From Crocinitomicaceae bacterium (GTDB lineage: Bacteria > Bacteroidota > Bacteroidia > Flavobacteriales_D > Crocinitomicaceae): 64,000 nucleotides of DNA. The translations under genes and the position numbers were made by a program. Positions 45,359 to 54,510 of the stretch are shown piece after piece. The stretch spans positions 67,046 to 131,045 of the forward strand of contig JAHENC010000004.1 of the NCBI GenBank assembly GCA_024643365.1, in the 5' to 3' direction. The notes beneath the pieces were generated by a model, which made no database searches, was not told the DNA's origin, and saw only the letters and a program-made list of their open reading frames with translations. Each line of letters begins with the position of its first letter. The first letter of the stretch is position 1.

Positions 45359-47494
45359 ATGAAACAATTTTTTATTTTAGCATTTCTTACGCTTTCCTTT
45401 ACACAAGTTGCATTTGGACAGAATGTTCCAGAGCCTAAGTACATTAGAAAAGCAAATGACACGTACTATTCCGGAAACTATTTCGAGGCAATAAAAGTTT
45501 GCCAAGATGCATATAAAACACTTGGATACAAAGGAACGATTCGTCAGAAAGGTGAGATGGCTTACAAAATCGCTGATTCTTATCGCAATATGCAAGTGTA
45601 TGATAAGGCAAACGAATGGTATGGAACATGTATTGAATTGAAGTATTTTGATGTTGTTCCTGAAGTGTATTTCTACCGTGGTGACATGCAGCGAATGTTG
45701 AAAGAATACGATAATTCTTTAAAAAGTTACCGTGAGTATAAAAGAATCGCTCCAAATTCTCGCACGAAAGAGTTGGAAGCAGCCATGGCAGCGATTGAAA
45801 AATACCGTGACTTTGAATCTGAGGAATCGAATTACGTGATCAAATGTGAAGAGAAAATCAATTCAAAACAATACGACATGTCTCCATCATTTGGTGACAA
45901 AAAAGGAAAAACAATTTACTTTGGAACAAGTCGTGATGAAGCAACTGGCTCTGATCGCGATCCAATTTCCGGTCAAAAATACATGGATATTTACAGCGCT
46001 GAGTACGATGTAAACGGTAATCCAACAAATGTAAAATCAATCGATACAAAAGGAGTAGTGAACACGACTCAAAATGAAGGAACAGCTTGTTTCGATTCTA
46101 AAAAGAAGAAATTATATTTCACGCGTTGTCCAAATGCTGAAAAGATGGATTTAGGATGTGAAATTTGGACGGCTGACTTAAGCGGTGAGGATTTTGAAAA
46201 TCCAATGAGAATTTCATTAAAAATGAATGACACTGTTTCTGTCGGACATCCTTGTTTATCGCCAGACGACATGATGTTGATTTTTGCATCAGATATGACC
46301 GTTAGTGCAAATGGAGAAAAAAGTTTTGGTGGACGTGATTTGTGGTACGTAACATACGACAAGCGTTCCAAAATGTGGGATTCAGTTCCGCACAATATGG
46401 GAGCTATGTTTAACTCAGCTGGTAACGAGTTGTTCCCATCAATTGGTCCAAAAGGACAACTTTACTTTGCGAGTGATGGTCTTCCAGGAATTGGAGGTTT
46501 AGATATCTTTGTTGCACAACGTGATGGAGAAGAAAACAAATGGTCTGGAACAAAAAATATGGGTGTTCCATTCAATTCACAAGGAAACGACTACGGAATG
46601 TGTGACTTTGATGGTAGATCTGGATTCTTTACCTCAGAACGAAAAACTTCTTCTAGCAACGAATATACTTCTGACATCTGGAGCTATTCTATTCCACCAA
46701 ATTTATATGACCTTCGTGTGATTGTTTACGAATCAGGTAAGAAAACGAAAAAATTAGCTGGGGCGAAAGTAACAGTTACTGTTTCGGATGGTACTACTTG
46801 GGAAGGAACAACGGATGCGAGAGGAAAAGTGAGCTGGAATGAAAAAGCTGACAAAAAAAGCAGATGGATTCTTGTTGGTAAAGATTATACCTTGAAAGCA
46901 GGAAAAGAAGGTTACTACGAAGACAAACGTGGAGCGAAATTTAGCACGGTTGGACTTGATCAAAGTCAAACTTTCATTTTAGAAATGCCGTTATTGCCAA
47001 TTGGTGAAATCCGTACACCGGAAGTTCGTTACCCTGTTAGTCAATGGACATTCATCAACGATGCAACATGTATGAGTTTAGATTCATTGAAATTCTTAGA
47101 CAGCATGTTAAGAGAATATCCAAACATCACAATTGATTTATTCTCACATACAGATGCTCGTGATACAGATGTGAAAAACCAAGTACTGTCTGAGAATCGT
47201 GCGAAAGCAGTTTACAAATACCTAGTTGAACAAAAAGGATTAGACGCACGTCGTATTCGTCCTGTCGGTAAAGGTGAATCTGAGCCAGCAACTTGGGAAG
47301 ATGAAAACGGTCAAAAAGTAATTTTAACGGAGGCTTACATTAACCAATTTAAAACAAGTGATCCTGCGAAATTCCAGAAATTACATCAGATTAATCGACG
47401 CACAACCGCTAAAATTACTGGAACAGATTTTAATCCTGCAACTGCGCCACCGGCGAATCCAGAATATTCAGTGTTTAAACCACTACCAAGATAA
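45359..47494 (+). CDS. OmpA-family protein with TPR-like, TolB-like (PD40) beta-propeller and carboxypeptidase-regulatory-like regions
   Basis: 711 aa with a signal peptide. It has N-terminal TPR-like helices, PD40-type repeats (NELFPSIGPKGQLYFASD), a CarboxypepD_reg-like segment (LAGAKVTVTVSDGTTWEGTTDARGKVSW) and a C-terminal OmpA domain (HTDARDTDVKNQVLSENRAKAVYKYL...GKGESEP). Confidence 0.8.
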   Translation: MKQFFILAFLTLSFTQVAFGQNVPEPKYIRKANDTYYSGNYFEAIKVCQDAYKTLGYKGTIRQKGEMAYKIADSYRNMQVYDKANEWYGTCIELKYFDVVPEVYFYRGDMQRMLKEYDNSLKSYREYKRIAPNSRTKELEAAMAAIEKYRDFESEESNYVIKCEEKINSKQYDMSPSFGDKKGKTIYFGTSRDEATGSDRDPISGQKYMDIYSAEYDVNGNPTNVKSIDTKGVVNTTQNEGTACFDSKKKKLYFTRCPNAEKMDLGCEIWTADLSGEDFENPMRISLKMNDTVSVGHPCLSPDDMMLIFASDMTVSANGEKSFGGRDLWYVTYDKRSKMWDSVPHNMGAMFNSAGNELFPSIGPKGQLYFASDGLPGIGGLDIFVAQRDGEENKWSGTKNMGVPFNSQGNDYGMCDFDGRSGFFTSERKTSSSNEYTSDIWSYSIPPNLYDLRVIVYESGKKTKKLAGAKVTVTVSDGTTWEGTTDARGKVSWNEKADKKSRWILVGKDYTLKAGKEGYYEDKRGAKFSTVGLDQSQTFILEMPLLPIGEIRTPEVRYPVSQWTFINDATCMSLDSLKFLDSMLREYPNITIDLFSHTDARDTDVKNQVLSENRAKAVYKYLVEQKGLDARRIRPVGKGESEPATWEDENGQKVILTEAYINQFKTSDPAKFQKLHQINRRTTAKITGTDFNPATAPPANPEYSVFKPLPR

Positions 47495-47497
47495 GAG

Positions 47498-47527
47498 AAA
47501 GGCGTTCATTTGAACGCCTTTTTTTTG
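47498..47527 (+). terminator. Rho-independent terminator
   Basis: The sequence aaaGGCGTTCA-tt-TGAACGCCtttttttt begins 4 nt after the stop codon at 47494. Confidence 0.8.
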
Positions 47528-47555
47528 TAACTTAAAGTAATCAATTCAGATTACT

Positions 47556-48641
47556 TTGCTCGAAATACACCTTCAACAACTTTGGTCCGATAAGCGACTT
47601 CCTTTTCATGCCTTTCATTTAATCAATGGTAGTCCGGTAGAAATCTGTCAGCCAGGTATTTGGAATAAGGCAGGAAGTGGACCTGACTTTCAATTGGCCA
47701 AAATTCGTTTCGATGGTTTGACTTGGTTCGGTTCCATAGAGTTTCATTTGAAATCATCTGATTGGTACAAACATCAACATCACACGGATCAAGCATATGA
47801 AAATGTAATTCTGCATGTTGTTTATGAATACGATCAACCCGTTTATTCCAATAATTGTTTACTTCCAACACTAGAGCTAAAATCTTATTTGGCTGGCGAA
47901 TTTAAATTTCCATCCAACTATACTTGGAAAATTGACCCCAAAATTCATTGTAAGAATCGAATTAATGAATTTCCGACGCAATTTCGCATGATGCAACATC
48001 GAGCAATTAAAACCCGCTTAAAACGAAAGTATGAATCGGATTATTGCTATGATTCCAAAACTCTTGATAGCTATTCACTCATTTCAAAGGCGTTTGGAAC
48101 AAAAAACAATAGCTTGTCTTTTGAGCTTTTGACACATCAAATCCCCTTATCGGATCATTTTATCTATACAGAACAGGAAATCCTGAATCTTGTTCCAGAG
48201 AATGAACAGGGATGGAAGGGTAGAAATCTACATATGACAAAGAATCTTAAAGCGAGAATCGCTTCTTGGATTAAATTTATACGTTGGTTTTTCCAAGAAG
48301 TCAGCACACCTTTATCCGATTGTGATTGGAACGATGGATTTAAACGAGCCCAAATAAAAAGTAAAATGCTCCGAAATAATTTATTAATCAATGCCAAAAC
48401 ATATATAGATTTGTACACTTTTCGTTTGCAAAATGACAGGCAGAATGGTATCGTTCATGCAATGAAATTCTTGCAATCGCTTCCACCTGAATCTAATCGA
48501 ATTAGTTTAATTTGGGAGGATGTAGGGATTGTGGCTAAAAATGCCTTAGAGTCTCAAGCCAATCTCGAAATTTATCAGCAATTTTGTACGCGTAAAAAAT
48601 GCTTAAATTGTAGCGTTGGGCAACAAATAACGAAATCATGA
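47556..48641 (+). CDS. DUF2851-family protein
   Basis: 361 aa with a TTG start as given by the track (no in-frame ATG is nearby). The N-terminal half (LWSDKRLPF...G.PVEI..PG.WN...GPDF..AKI...L.W.GSIEFH.KSSDW..H.H..D..Y.NVILHVV) matches my recollection of DUF2851. A C-terminal Cys pair (CLNCSVG) is present. Confidence 0.65.
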   Translation: MLEIHLQQLWSDKRLPFHAFHLINGSPVEICQPGIWNKAGSGPDFQLAKIRFDGLTWFGSIEFHLKSSDWYKHQHHTDQAYENVILHVVYEYDQPVYSNNCLLPTLELKSYLAGEFKFPSNYTWKIDPKIHCKNRINEFPTQFRMMQHRAIKTRLKRKYESDYCYDSKTLDSYSLISKAFGTKNNSLSFELLTHQIPLSDHFIYTEQEILNLVPENEQGWKGRNLHMTKNLKARIASWIKFIRWFFQEVSTPLSDCDWNDGFKRAQIKSKMLRNNLLINAKTYIDLYTFRLQNDRQNGIVHAMKFLQSLPPESNRISLIWEDVGIVAKNALESQANLEIYQQFCTRKKCLNCSVGQQITKS

Positions 48642-48877
48642 GACGACTCCTGCAGAAAATCATCTTTTTCTTTGAAATGCAATCCTTTGGTGTATGCGAA
48701 TGGTGGGCGAGAAGACTCGGATTTAAAACAAGTAAAGTACGACTTGCGTTTATTTATGTTTCCTTCCTTGGTTTGGGTTCACCCATCATTGTCTATTTAA
48801 TCATGGCTTGGATTTTAGAGCACAAGCATTACTTTAAATTCCAACATAAACAGAAAAATTCTATTTGGGACTTATGA
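48638..48877 (+). CDS. PspC-domain membrane protein
   Basis: 79 aa. GVCEWWARRLGFKTSKVRLAFIYVSFLGLGSPIIVYLIMAWIL fits the PspC domain plus a TM helix. ATGA overlaps occur at both ends. Confidence 0.6.
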   Translation: MRRLLQKIIFFFEMQSFGVCEWWARRLGFKTSKVRLAFIYVSFLGLGSPIIVYLIMAWILEHKHYFKFQHKQKNSIWDL

Positions 48878-49755
48878 GAATTCTTATAACCGGAAGTAAC
48901 GGACTATTAGGACAAAAAATAGTTTCCCAGTTGCTTAGATCTGACAGGGTTTTTTTAGCGACATCTTTAGGGCAAAATAGAAATCAAGACTGTCCAGTGG
49001 AGGTTTACTGTCCAATGGATATTTGTAATGCGTTAGATATCGCAGAAGTGTTTACCTCATTCAAACCTACGCATGTCATTCATACAGCGGCCATGACAAA
49101 TGTCGATACGTGTGAACTTAACCCTGAATCTTGTCAAGAAGTCAATGTCGATTCTGTTCAACTACTTGTAAAACAATGCCGACAAACGGATTGTCATTTC
49201 CAGTTGCTCTCTACGGATTTTGTGTTTGACGGACTCACCGGAAATTACATGGAAGAGGATAAACCGAATCCATTAAGTGTTTATGCGAAATCAAAAGTTC
49301 AAGCCGAGTCGATTGTACAACAAATACCAGGTTTAAATTTTTCCATCGTTCGAACAATCATAGTTTATGGAAGTGGTAATAATTTGTCTCGATCGAACAT
49401 AGTCCTTTGGGCAAAAGAAGCATTACAGAAGGGACAGGACTTAACAATCATTGATGATCAGTTTCGCGCACCTACATGGGCGGATGACCTAGCTTGGGCA
49501 TGCATTCGCATTTGTGAATTGAATGAAAAGGGAATATTTCATATTGCCGGTCCTGAAACGATGTCCATCTTTCACCTCGTTGAACGCATTGCACAATTTT
49601 ATAAATTGCCAATGAGTCAAGTGAAAAGAACAGATAGTTCTACCTTGAATCAACCAGCAAAACGACCACCGAAAACAGGCTTTAATTTATCGAAAGCTCA
49701 AACTCGATTGGGTTATGCTCCAAAAAAACTGGAAGATACCCTTGATTTACTTTAA
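48874..49755 (+). CDS. dTDP-4-dehydrorhamnose reductase-like (RmlD-family) SDR
   Basis: 293 aa from ATG 48874 (MRILITGSNGLLGQK). It has a YAKSK (YxxxK) catalytic motif, and its length and layout match RmlD/RfbD. No other rhamnose-pathway genes are in the window. Confidence 0.7.
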   Translation: MRILITGSNGLLGQKIVSQLLRSDRVFLATSLGQNRNQDCPVEVYCPMDICNALDIAEVFTSFKPTHVIHTAAMTNVDTCELNPESCQEVNVDSVQLLVKQCRQTDCHFQLLSTDFVFDGLTGNYMEEDKPNPLSVYAKSKVQAESIVQQIPGLNFSIVRTIIVYGSGNNLSRSNIVLWAKEALQKGQDLTIIDDQFRAPTWADDLAWACIRICELNEKGIFHIAGPETMSIFHLVERIAQFYKLPMSQVKRTDSSTLNQPAKRPPKTGFNLSKAQTRLGYAPKKLEDTLDLL

Positions 49756-49822
49756 GCAATAAAGAATTCTTCATTTAATCTGACGAAACACTTTTATCTA
49801 TTGCTGTTTTCACTGAAAATGA

Positions 49823-49830
49823 TATATTTG
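49823..49830 (+). promoter_or_regulatory. Candidate -7 promoter box (TATATTTG) with an upstream ATTG at -33 spacing
   Basis: TATATTTG lies 19 nt upstream of the ATG at 49850. An ATTG ending at 49803 leaves a 19-nt spacer. The box is flanked by the direct repeat tgttttcact (49805..49814 and 49829..49838). Confidence 0.45.
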
Positions 49831-49849
49831 TTTTCACTAAATTCATGCT

Positions 49850-51415
49850 ATGTCACTTTGGAGAAAAAAATCACTTGTAGATTTACTGGCGCAAGCCGAA
49901 AATAGTCAGATGAAACGCACCCTTGGTGCAGGAAGTTTGATCGCATTAGGAATCGGTGCAATCATCGGTGCTGGTTTATTTGTTCGTACTGCAGCAGCCG
50001 CTTCTGAAGCCGCTGGATCTGGAGTTACGATTTCCTTTATTATTGCAGCGATAGGTTGTGCATTGGCTGGACTGTGTTACGCAGAATTTGCATCTATGAT
50101 TCCAATCTCAGGAAGTGCATACGCATATTCATTTGTGACTATGGGTGAGTTAGTTGCATGGATCATCGGTTGGTCATTAATTATGGAATATGCCCTTGGA
50201 GCCGCAACCGTTTCCATTGCTTGGAGTGAATACCTAAACAATCTCCTCGGAAATGCCATACCGTATGAATGGTGTCACTCACCATTTGAAAGCATGTACA
50301 AGGTTTCTCAAGACATGGTGGCTCAAATTCAAGCCTTACCTGGACATTGGGAAGGAATTGAAAAAGGTATTTTAAGTGCTGCTCAATACGAGAACTTGCC
50401 GGCGGAAATCATGAGTAAAGTTTCTATTACAAGCGGATTTATTAATGCTCCTGCCTTAATTATTTTGTTGGCATTAACCTTATTATTAATCAAAGGAACA
50501 AAAGAATCTGCAACTGTAAACGCGATCATTGTTTTTGTCAAAGTAGCCATCGTACTGGTATTTATCATCATCGGTTGGCAATTTATCAAACCAGAAAATC
50601 ACACGCCATATTTAATTCCAGAAGGTACATTTGGACATGAAGGATTCTTTAAATGGGGCTGGGGTGGAGTACTCGGCGGAGCAGGAATTGTATTCTTTGC
50701 ATTTATCGGTTTTGATGCCGTAAGTACGACAGCGCAAGAAGCAAAAAATCCAAAACGAGACATGCCAATAGGAATCCTCGGTTCTTTGGCGATTTGTACA
50801 GTACTTTATATCCTTTTTGGTCACGTATTAACAGGTGTGGCGAATTGGAGTGAATTTGCAACAGCAGGAAAAGAAGCATCAGTTTCTTACGCAATTAAAA
50901 CGTACATGGCTGGTTACGAATGGTTAGGTACTGGTGTTACTTTAGCGATTTTAGCAGGATTCTCCTCGGTAATTTTGGTGATGTTGATGGGACAAAGCCG
51001 CGTGTTTTTCTCCATGAGTCAAGATGGATTAATTCCAGCAGCATTTGGAAAACTTCACCCGAAATTTCAAACACCATACATTGCAAACTGGATGTTATTC
51101 ATATTCGTTGGTGCTTTCGCCGCATTTGTACCAGGAAGTGTAGCTGGAGATTTAACATCATTCGGAACATTGTTCGCATTTATCCTCGTTTGTGTGGGAA
51201 TTTTAATCATGCGTAAAAGTAACCCAGAGTTAAAACGTCCATTCAAAACACCTTTGGTGCCACTTGTTCCAATTTTAGGGATTTTGGTATGTACAGCAAT
51301 GATTGTTTCATTAGACATTGCAACCTTACAAGCAGCAGCATTGTGGATGGGACTTGGATTAATTATCTATTTCACATACAGCCGTAAAAATTCACATTTA
51401 CACCCGAAAAAATAG
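49850..51415 (+). CDS. APC-superfamily amino acid permease (cationic amino-acid transporter-like)
   Basis: 521 aa with at least 12 TM helices. The N-terminal LKRTLGAGSLIALGIGAIIGAGLF signature and an extended loop are typical of the CAT-like APC branch. Confidence 0.85.
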   Translation: MSLWRKKSLVDLLAQAENSQMKRTLGAGSLIALGIGAIIGAGLFVRTAAAASEAAGSGVTISFIIAAIGCALAGLCYAEFASMIPISGSAYAYSFVTMGELVAWIIGWSLIMEYALGAATVSIAWSEYLNNLLGNAIPYEWCHSPFESMYKVSQDMVAQIQALPGHWEGIEKGILSAAQYENLPAEIMSKVSITSGFINAPALIILLALTLLLIKGTKESATVNAIIVFVKVAIVLVFIIIGWQFIKPENHTPYLIPEGTFGHEGFFKWGWGGVLGGAGIVFFAFIGFDAVSTTAQEAKNPKRDMPIGILGSLAICTVLYILFGHVLTGVANWSEFATAGKEASVSYAIKTYMAGYEWLGTGVTLAILAGFSSVILVMLMGQSRVFFSMSQDGLIPAAFGKLHPKFQTPYIANWMLFIFVGAFAAFVPGSVAGDLTSFGTLFAFILVCVGILIMRKSNPELKRPFKTPLVPLVPILGILVCTAMIVSLDIATLQAAALWMGLGLIIYFTYSRKNSHLHPKK

Positions 51416-51447
51416 TCGAAACGTCGGACTTATTGATATTATATTGA

Positions 51448-51485
51448 AACTGTCTTCTCCATAGGAGAGGACAGTTTTGTTTTAA
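51448..51485 (+). terminator. Rho-independent terminator
   Basis: The sequence AACTGTCTTCTCC-ata-GGAGAGGACAGTTttgtttt forms a 13-bp stem with one G-U pair. It lies 33 nt after the permease stop. Confidence 0.65.
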
Positions 51486-51500
51486 CTAAATTGAACTACT

Positions 51501-52937
51501 ATGGAATCAAAATTAAAACAATCACTCGGACTATTAGATGCTACTTTGTTGGTTGCTGGATCCATGATTGGTTCTGGAATTTTCATTGTAACTGCTCCTA
51601 TGATGCGCGATATTGGTTCAGCAGCGTGGATGATTGTCCTATGGGTTCTTACTGGTTTAATTACCATTTTTGCGGCACTTAGTTATGGTGAACTAGCGGG
51701 CATGATGCCGAATGCTGGCGGACAATATGTTTACATTCAACGAGCATATGGGAAAATGATGTCGTTTCTTTATGGATGGACTGTTTTTACTGTAATTCAA
51801 ACTGGTGTAATTGCAGCTGTTGCAGTCGCTTTCGCCAAATATGCAGGTGTTTTCTTTCCCATCTTGAATGATGTCTTTCTGAAAACATCTTTTGTTAATG
51901 TTTCCTATGGACAATTAGTGGCGATTGGGAGTATTTTGGTCCTTACAGTTCTAAATTCTAGAGGCGTTCAAAATGGTAAAATCCTTCAATTAATTTTTAC
52001 AGCGGCAAAGTTATTTGCCCTGTTTGCTCTCATCGTTTTAGGTCTAGCAATTGGATTAAAATCGGATGTGTTCACACAGAATTTTGATCACATGTGGGAC
52101 GCATATAAAACCATTCAATTACCAAGTGGAGAATTGGACACCATTCCCTTAACAGGATTCGCGTTAATGGGAGCCTTAGGAGCGACAATCATCAATTCAT
52201 TGTTCTCTTCTGATGCATGGAATAATGTCACGTTCATTGCGGGTGAAATTAAAGACCCCAAAAAAAATATCCCCAAAAGCCTGTTCTTTGGAACTACCAT
52301 CGTGACCATCATTTACATTTTGGCAAACCTTGCCTATTTAGCACTTTTACCGAAAGGTGGAGATCCAATGGCAACGGACGCTTTAGGTCAAGGCATCATG
52401 TTCGCAGCAAATGATCGTGTTGGGGCTGGTGCTGCATCCGTCATTTTTGGTGGACTAGGAATAACGATGATGGCTGCATTAATCATGATTTCAACCTTTG
52501 GATGTAATAACGGGCTCATTTTGGCTGGTTCACGTTTATTTTATGCAATGTCCTCCGATGGACTCTTCTTCAAACAGGCTAAAAAATTGAATCAATTCAA
52601 TGTGCCTAGCGTTGCTATGTGGATTCAAGGAATTTGGGCGAGCATTTTATGCTTGTCGGGTAAATATGGAGACCTCTTGGTATATAGTACTTTTGCAAGT
52701 CTATTGTTTTACATACTAACGATTTTCGGCATTTTCATTTTGAGAAAAAAAGAACCCGACACGGAACGACCATACAAAGCTTTCGGATATCCATTCATTC
52801 CAGCCTTGTACATTCTTGTAACATTGGCCATATGTGTTGACTTACTCGTCTATGATTTAAGAAACGCAGGAATGGGATTGCTGATTGTTCTTCTCGGTAT
52901 TCCAATCTATTTTATCGCGGATAGAAAAAAGAGGTAA
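51501..52937 (+). CDS. APC-superfamily amino acid permease (LAT/APA-like branch)
   Basis: 478 aa with 12 TM helices. It shows LGLLDATLLVAGSMIGSGIF and the GELAGMMPNAGGQYVY motif. Confidence 0.85.
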   Translation: MESKLKQSLGLLDATLLVAGSMIGSGIFIVTAPMMRDIGSAAWMIVLWVLTGLITIFAALSYGELAGMMPNAGGQYVYIQRAYGKMMSFLYGWTVFTVIQTGVIAAVAVAFAKYAGVFFPILNDVFLKTSFVNVSYGQLVAIGSILVLTVLNSRGVQNGKILQLIFTAAKLFALFALIVLGLAIGLKSDVFTQNFDHMWDAYKTIQLPSGELDTIPLTGFALMGALGATIINSLFSSDAWNNVTFIAGEIKDPKKNIPKSLFFGTTIVTIIYILANLAYLALLPKGGDPMATDALGQGIMFAANDRVGAGAASVIFGGLGITMMAALIMISTFGCNNGLILAGSRLFYAMSSDGLFFKQAKKLNQFNVPSVAMWIQGIWASILCLSGKYGDLLVYSTFASLLFYILTIFGIFILRKKEPDTERPYKAFGYPFIPALYILVTLAICVDLLVYDLRNAGMGLLIVLLGIPIYFIADRKKR

Positions 52938-53024
52938 TTGATATACTTTTTTACCATTTCCATCGTTTAGTTTTCGGGGAAAAGATTACTTGAATAGTTT
53001 GTTTGACTTAAATTTTGAACGTAC

Positions 53025-53915
53025 ATGTTTCAAGGTAATCCATTCGATATGTCTATCCGACATCAACGCGGAATTTGGTTGCTACTCATAGCATCCATCC
53101 TGATTATTTTCGCGCCACGTTTTTTTTTGTTCATTCAAAAGGATGATTCTGCAACAAAACTAGTTCTGATACCTGTTGAAGAAAAGCCAAGATGGGACTC
53201 TCCACGAAAATTTCACCGATGGAATTCTAGAAATTCAAAAAGAAAGTGGTCTCGTTCAAAAAGGGTCTTCAAAAAGCCCACGAAGTCTTTTAATCCGAAT
53301 GAACTTTCTATGGAAGAATGGATGCATTTCGGACTAAGCGAAAAACAGGCGACCATTGTTCTTAAATTCACGAAACGTGGGATACATTCCGATGAAGAAC
53401 TTCAGAAAATTAAGTTCATTCCCCAAAAAACATTTGATAATATTAAGGATTTCACCCAATATCCTTCCGAGGAAAGTGAAATATCCAAGAAACAAACGGC
53501 TCAAGGCACCAATTCTCCTGCACTTGTGAATGCCAATGAAGCAAGCGAAGAGGAACTCATGAATATAAAAGGACTCGGTCCATTTTACGCACGACAAATC
53601 ATCAAATACCAACAACAATTAGGTGGATTCGTTCGAAAAGAGCAAATACTTGAAGTTTGGAAAATGACACCAGAAATATTTACCCAAATTCAAGCACAAT
53701 TAAGCTGCGAAGCATCAAACATTAGAAAGCTATCTATTAATCATGCAAGTGCGGAGGAATTACAGGCCCATCCTTACCTAAATTGGAATCAAGCTAATTC
53801 AATTGTTAAAATGCGGATGCAAAAAGGAGGGTTTAAATCCATAGATGAAATTCGAGAATCTGTAATTATTGACCAAGAAACATTCGAAAAAGTCAGACCT
53901 TACTTATCTTTGTAG
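53025..53915 (+). CDS. ComEA-like helix-hairpin-helix DNA-binding membrane protein
   Basis: 296 aa. It has an N-terminal TM helix, a Lys/Arg-rich linker and HhH units (EELMNIKGLGPFYARQII, SAEELQAHPYLNWNQANSIV). Confidence 0.65.
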   Translation: MFQGNPFDMSIRHQRGIWLLLIASILIIFAPRFFLFIQKDDSATKLVLIPVEEKPRWDSPRKFHRWNSRNSKRKWSRSKRVFKKPTKSFNPNELSMEEWMHFGLSEKQATIVLKFTKRGIHSDEELQKIKFIPQKTFDNIKDFTQYPSEESEISKKQTAQGTNSPALVNANEASEEELMNIKGLGPFYARQIIKYQQQLGGFVRKEQILEVWKMTPEIFTQIQAQLSCEASNIRKLSINHASAEELQAHPYLNWNQANSIVKMRMQKGGFKSIDEIRESVIIDQETFEKVRPYLSL

Positions 53916-53917
53916 GT

Positions 53918-54448
53918 ATGAGTATTCAAAATAGACTAAAAACATGTATTCGAGATGTAGCTGATTTTCCGAAACCAGGCATCTTATTCAAGGATATTTC
54001 CACGATTATGTTGGACGCTGAATTGTCCGCTGATGTACTAAACCATTTAGTGGAAACCTATAAAGATGCGAAGTTAGACGCTGTGGCTGGAATAGAAAGC
54101 CGAGGTTTTCTATTCGGATTTCCGTTGGCGATTAAACTAGGAATTCCGTTTATCCTTATTCGTAAGGAAGGAAAACTTCCCTACAATAAAATTAAACACG
54201 CCTATGATTTGGAATACGGCAGTGCTGTCATCGAAATGCATAGCGATGCGGTTCAAGCAAATCAACGTGTATTGATTCACGATGACTTACTTGCCACTGG
54301 TGGATCAGCAAGCGCAGCTGCAGAGTTGATTCAAAAGAGTGGGGCAGAGGTAGCTGGATTTAGCTTCCTCGTAGAACTTAGCTTTTTAGAAGGACAAGAA
54401 AAATTAAAAAATTACTCATCCAATATTAATGGAATAATCTCCTATTGA
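53918..54448 (+). CDS. apt: Adenine phosphoribosyltransferase
   Basis: 176 aa with DFPKPGILFKDIS, GIESRGF and the PRPP-binding motif VLIHDDLLATGGS. Confidence 0.92.
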   Translation: MSIQNRLKTCIRDVADFPKPGILFKDISTIMLDAELSADVLNHLVETYKDAKLDAVAGIESRGFLFGFPLAIKLGIPFILIRKEGKLPYNKIKHAYDLEYGSAVIEMHSDAVQANQRVLIHDDLLATGGSASAAAELIQKSGAEVAGFSFLVELSFLEGQEKLKNYSSNINGIISY

Positions 54449-54457
54449 AATAACCTT

Positions 54458-54510
54458 AATCAACAACAATCAACAACAATCAACAACAATCAACAACAAT
54501 CAACAACAAT
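54458..54510. repeat. Perfect 10-bp tandem repeat, about 5.3 copies (unit AATCAACAAC, equivalently CAACAACAAT)
   Basis: Read directly from the sequence: caacaacaat appears five times at 54461..54510, preceded by aat. The last 'at' plus g54511 forms the ATG of the downstream acyl-CoA dehydrogenase. Confidence 0.97.

Noticed and set aside
16571-47521. Two terminator hairpins (16571..16592 and 47501..47518) share the palindromic core TTCA-TT-TGAA, raising the idea of a dispersed REP-like element.
   Set aside because: There are only two copies. The shared part is 10 nt of AT-rich palindrome at the loop, and the stems differ otherwise. This is consistent with independent terminators.
49850-52937. 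The two adjacent amino-acid permease ORFs as halves of a disrupted gene (pseudogene).
   Set aside because: Each is full length (521 and 478 aa, about 12 TM helices each) with its own N-terminal APC signature. They belong to different APC sub-branches and are separated by a good terminator (51448..51485).
54458-54510. The 10-bp tandem repeat as a possible CRISPR-like or minisatellite coding element.
   Set aside because: The units are contiguous with no spacers, are too short for CRISPR repeats, and no cas genes are present. The tract is outside any ORF apart from supplying the A and T of the ATG. It is kept as a finding only as a leader or microsatellite.
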